6,408 bases of DNA from Escherichia phage fd, in sequence record NC_025824.1; one strand, given 5' to 3'. Under the pieces are notes generated by a model that was given only the letters and a program-made list of their open reading frames with translations, made no database searches and was not told the origin of the DNA. Of this stretch, positions 6,007-6,408 are shown piece after piece (within the stretch, counting starts at the first letter, position 1; each line of letters begins with the position of its first letter). A program made the translations under genes and the position numbers.

Positions 6007-6408
6007 ATGATTGACATGCTAGTTTTACGATTACCGTTCATCGATTCTCTTGTTTGCTCCAGACTTTCAGGTAATGACCTGATAGCCTTTGTAGACCTCT
6101 CAAAAATAGCTACCCTCTCCGGCATGAATTTATCAGCTAGAACGGTTGAATATCATATTGACGGTGATTTGACTGTCTCCGGCCTTTCTCACCCGTTTGA
6201 ATCTTTGCCTACTCATTACTCCGGCATTGCATTTAAAATATATGAGGGTTCTAAAAATTTTTATCCCTGCGTTGAAATTAAGGCTTCACCAGCAAAAGTA
6301 TTACAGGGTCATAATGTTTTTGGTACAACCGATTTAGCTTTATGCTCTGAGGCTTTATTGCTTAATTTTGCTAACTCTCTGCCTTGCTTGTACGATTTAT
6401 TGGATGTT
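6007..6408 (+). CDS. II: Replication initiation endonuclease gpII, 5' portion (runs off the window end and continues in phase at 1..831)
   Basis: ATG at 6007, open through 6408 (402 nt = 134 codons, no stop). Translates to MIDMLVLRLPFIDSLVCSRLSGNDLIAFVDLSKIATLSGMNLSARTVEYHIDGDLTVSG... Recognised as the gpII N-terminus. Confidence 0.92.
   Translation, partial: MIDMLVLRLPFIDSLVCSRLSGNDLIAFVDLSKIATLSGMNLSARTVEYHIDGDLTVSGLSHPFESLPTHYSGIAFKIYEGSKNFYPCVEIKASPAKVLQGHNVFGTTDLALCSEALLLNFANSLPCLYDLLDV

Noticed and set aside
1-6408. A previously undescribed biological system
   Set aside because: Every part of the window is accounted for by canonical Ff phage genes and origin elements, with no unexplained coding capacity or insert. 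Claiming novelty would not be supported by the sequence.

Overview
This 6408-nt window is a complete, circularly permuted genome of an Ff-group filamentous coliphage (Inovirus; M13/f1/fd family, most consistent with fd), not a novel system. It is linearised inside gene II: the last three bases (gtt) and first three (aac) rejoin to GTTAAC, and the gene II reading frame runs in phase from 6007..6408 into 1..831. All 11 canonical genes are present on the + strand in the canonical order: II (with nested X), V, VII, IX, VIII, III, VI, I (with nested XI), IV, followed by the 505-nt intergenic region (5502..6006) holding the packaging hairpin and both replication origins. Genes VII and IX (33 and 32 aa) are absent from the supplied ORF track and were recovered by reading the sequence. 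I see no insert in gene III, gene VIII or the intergenic region, so this looks like wild-type phage rather than a display or M13mp cloning vector. I found no CRISPR array, mobile element, RNA gene or undescribed system; the findings below are well-known Ff biology and are scored accordingly. Identification rests on my recognition of the protein and DNA sequences, not on any database search.
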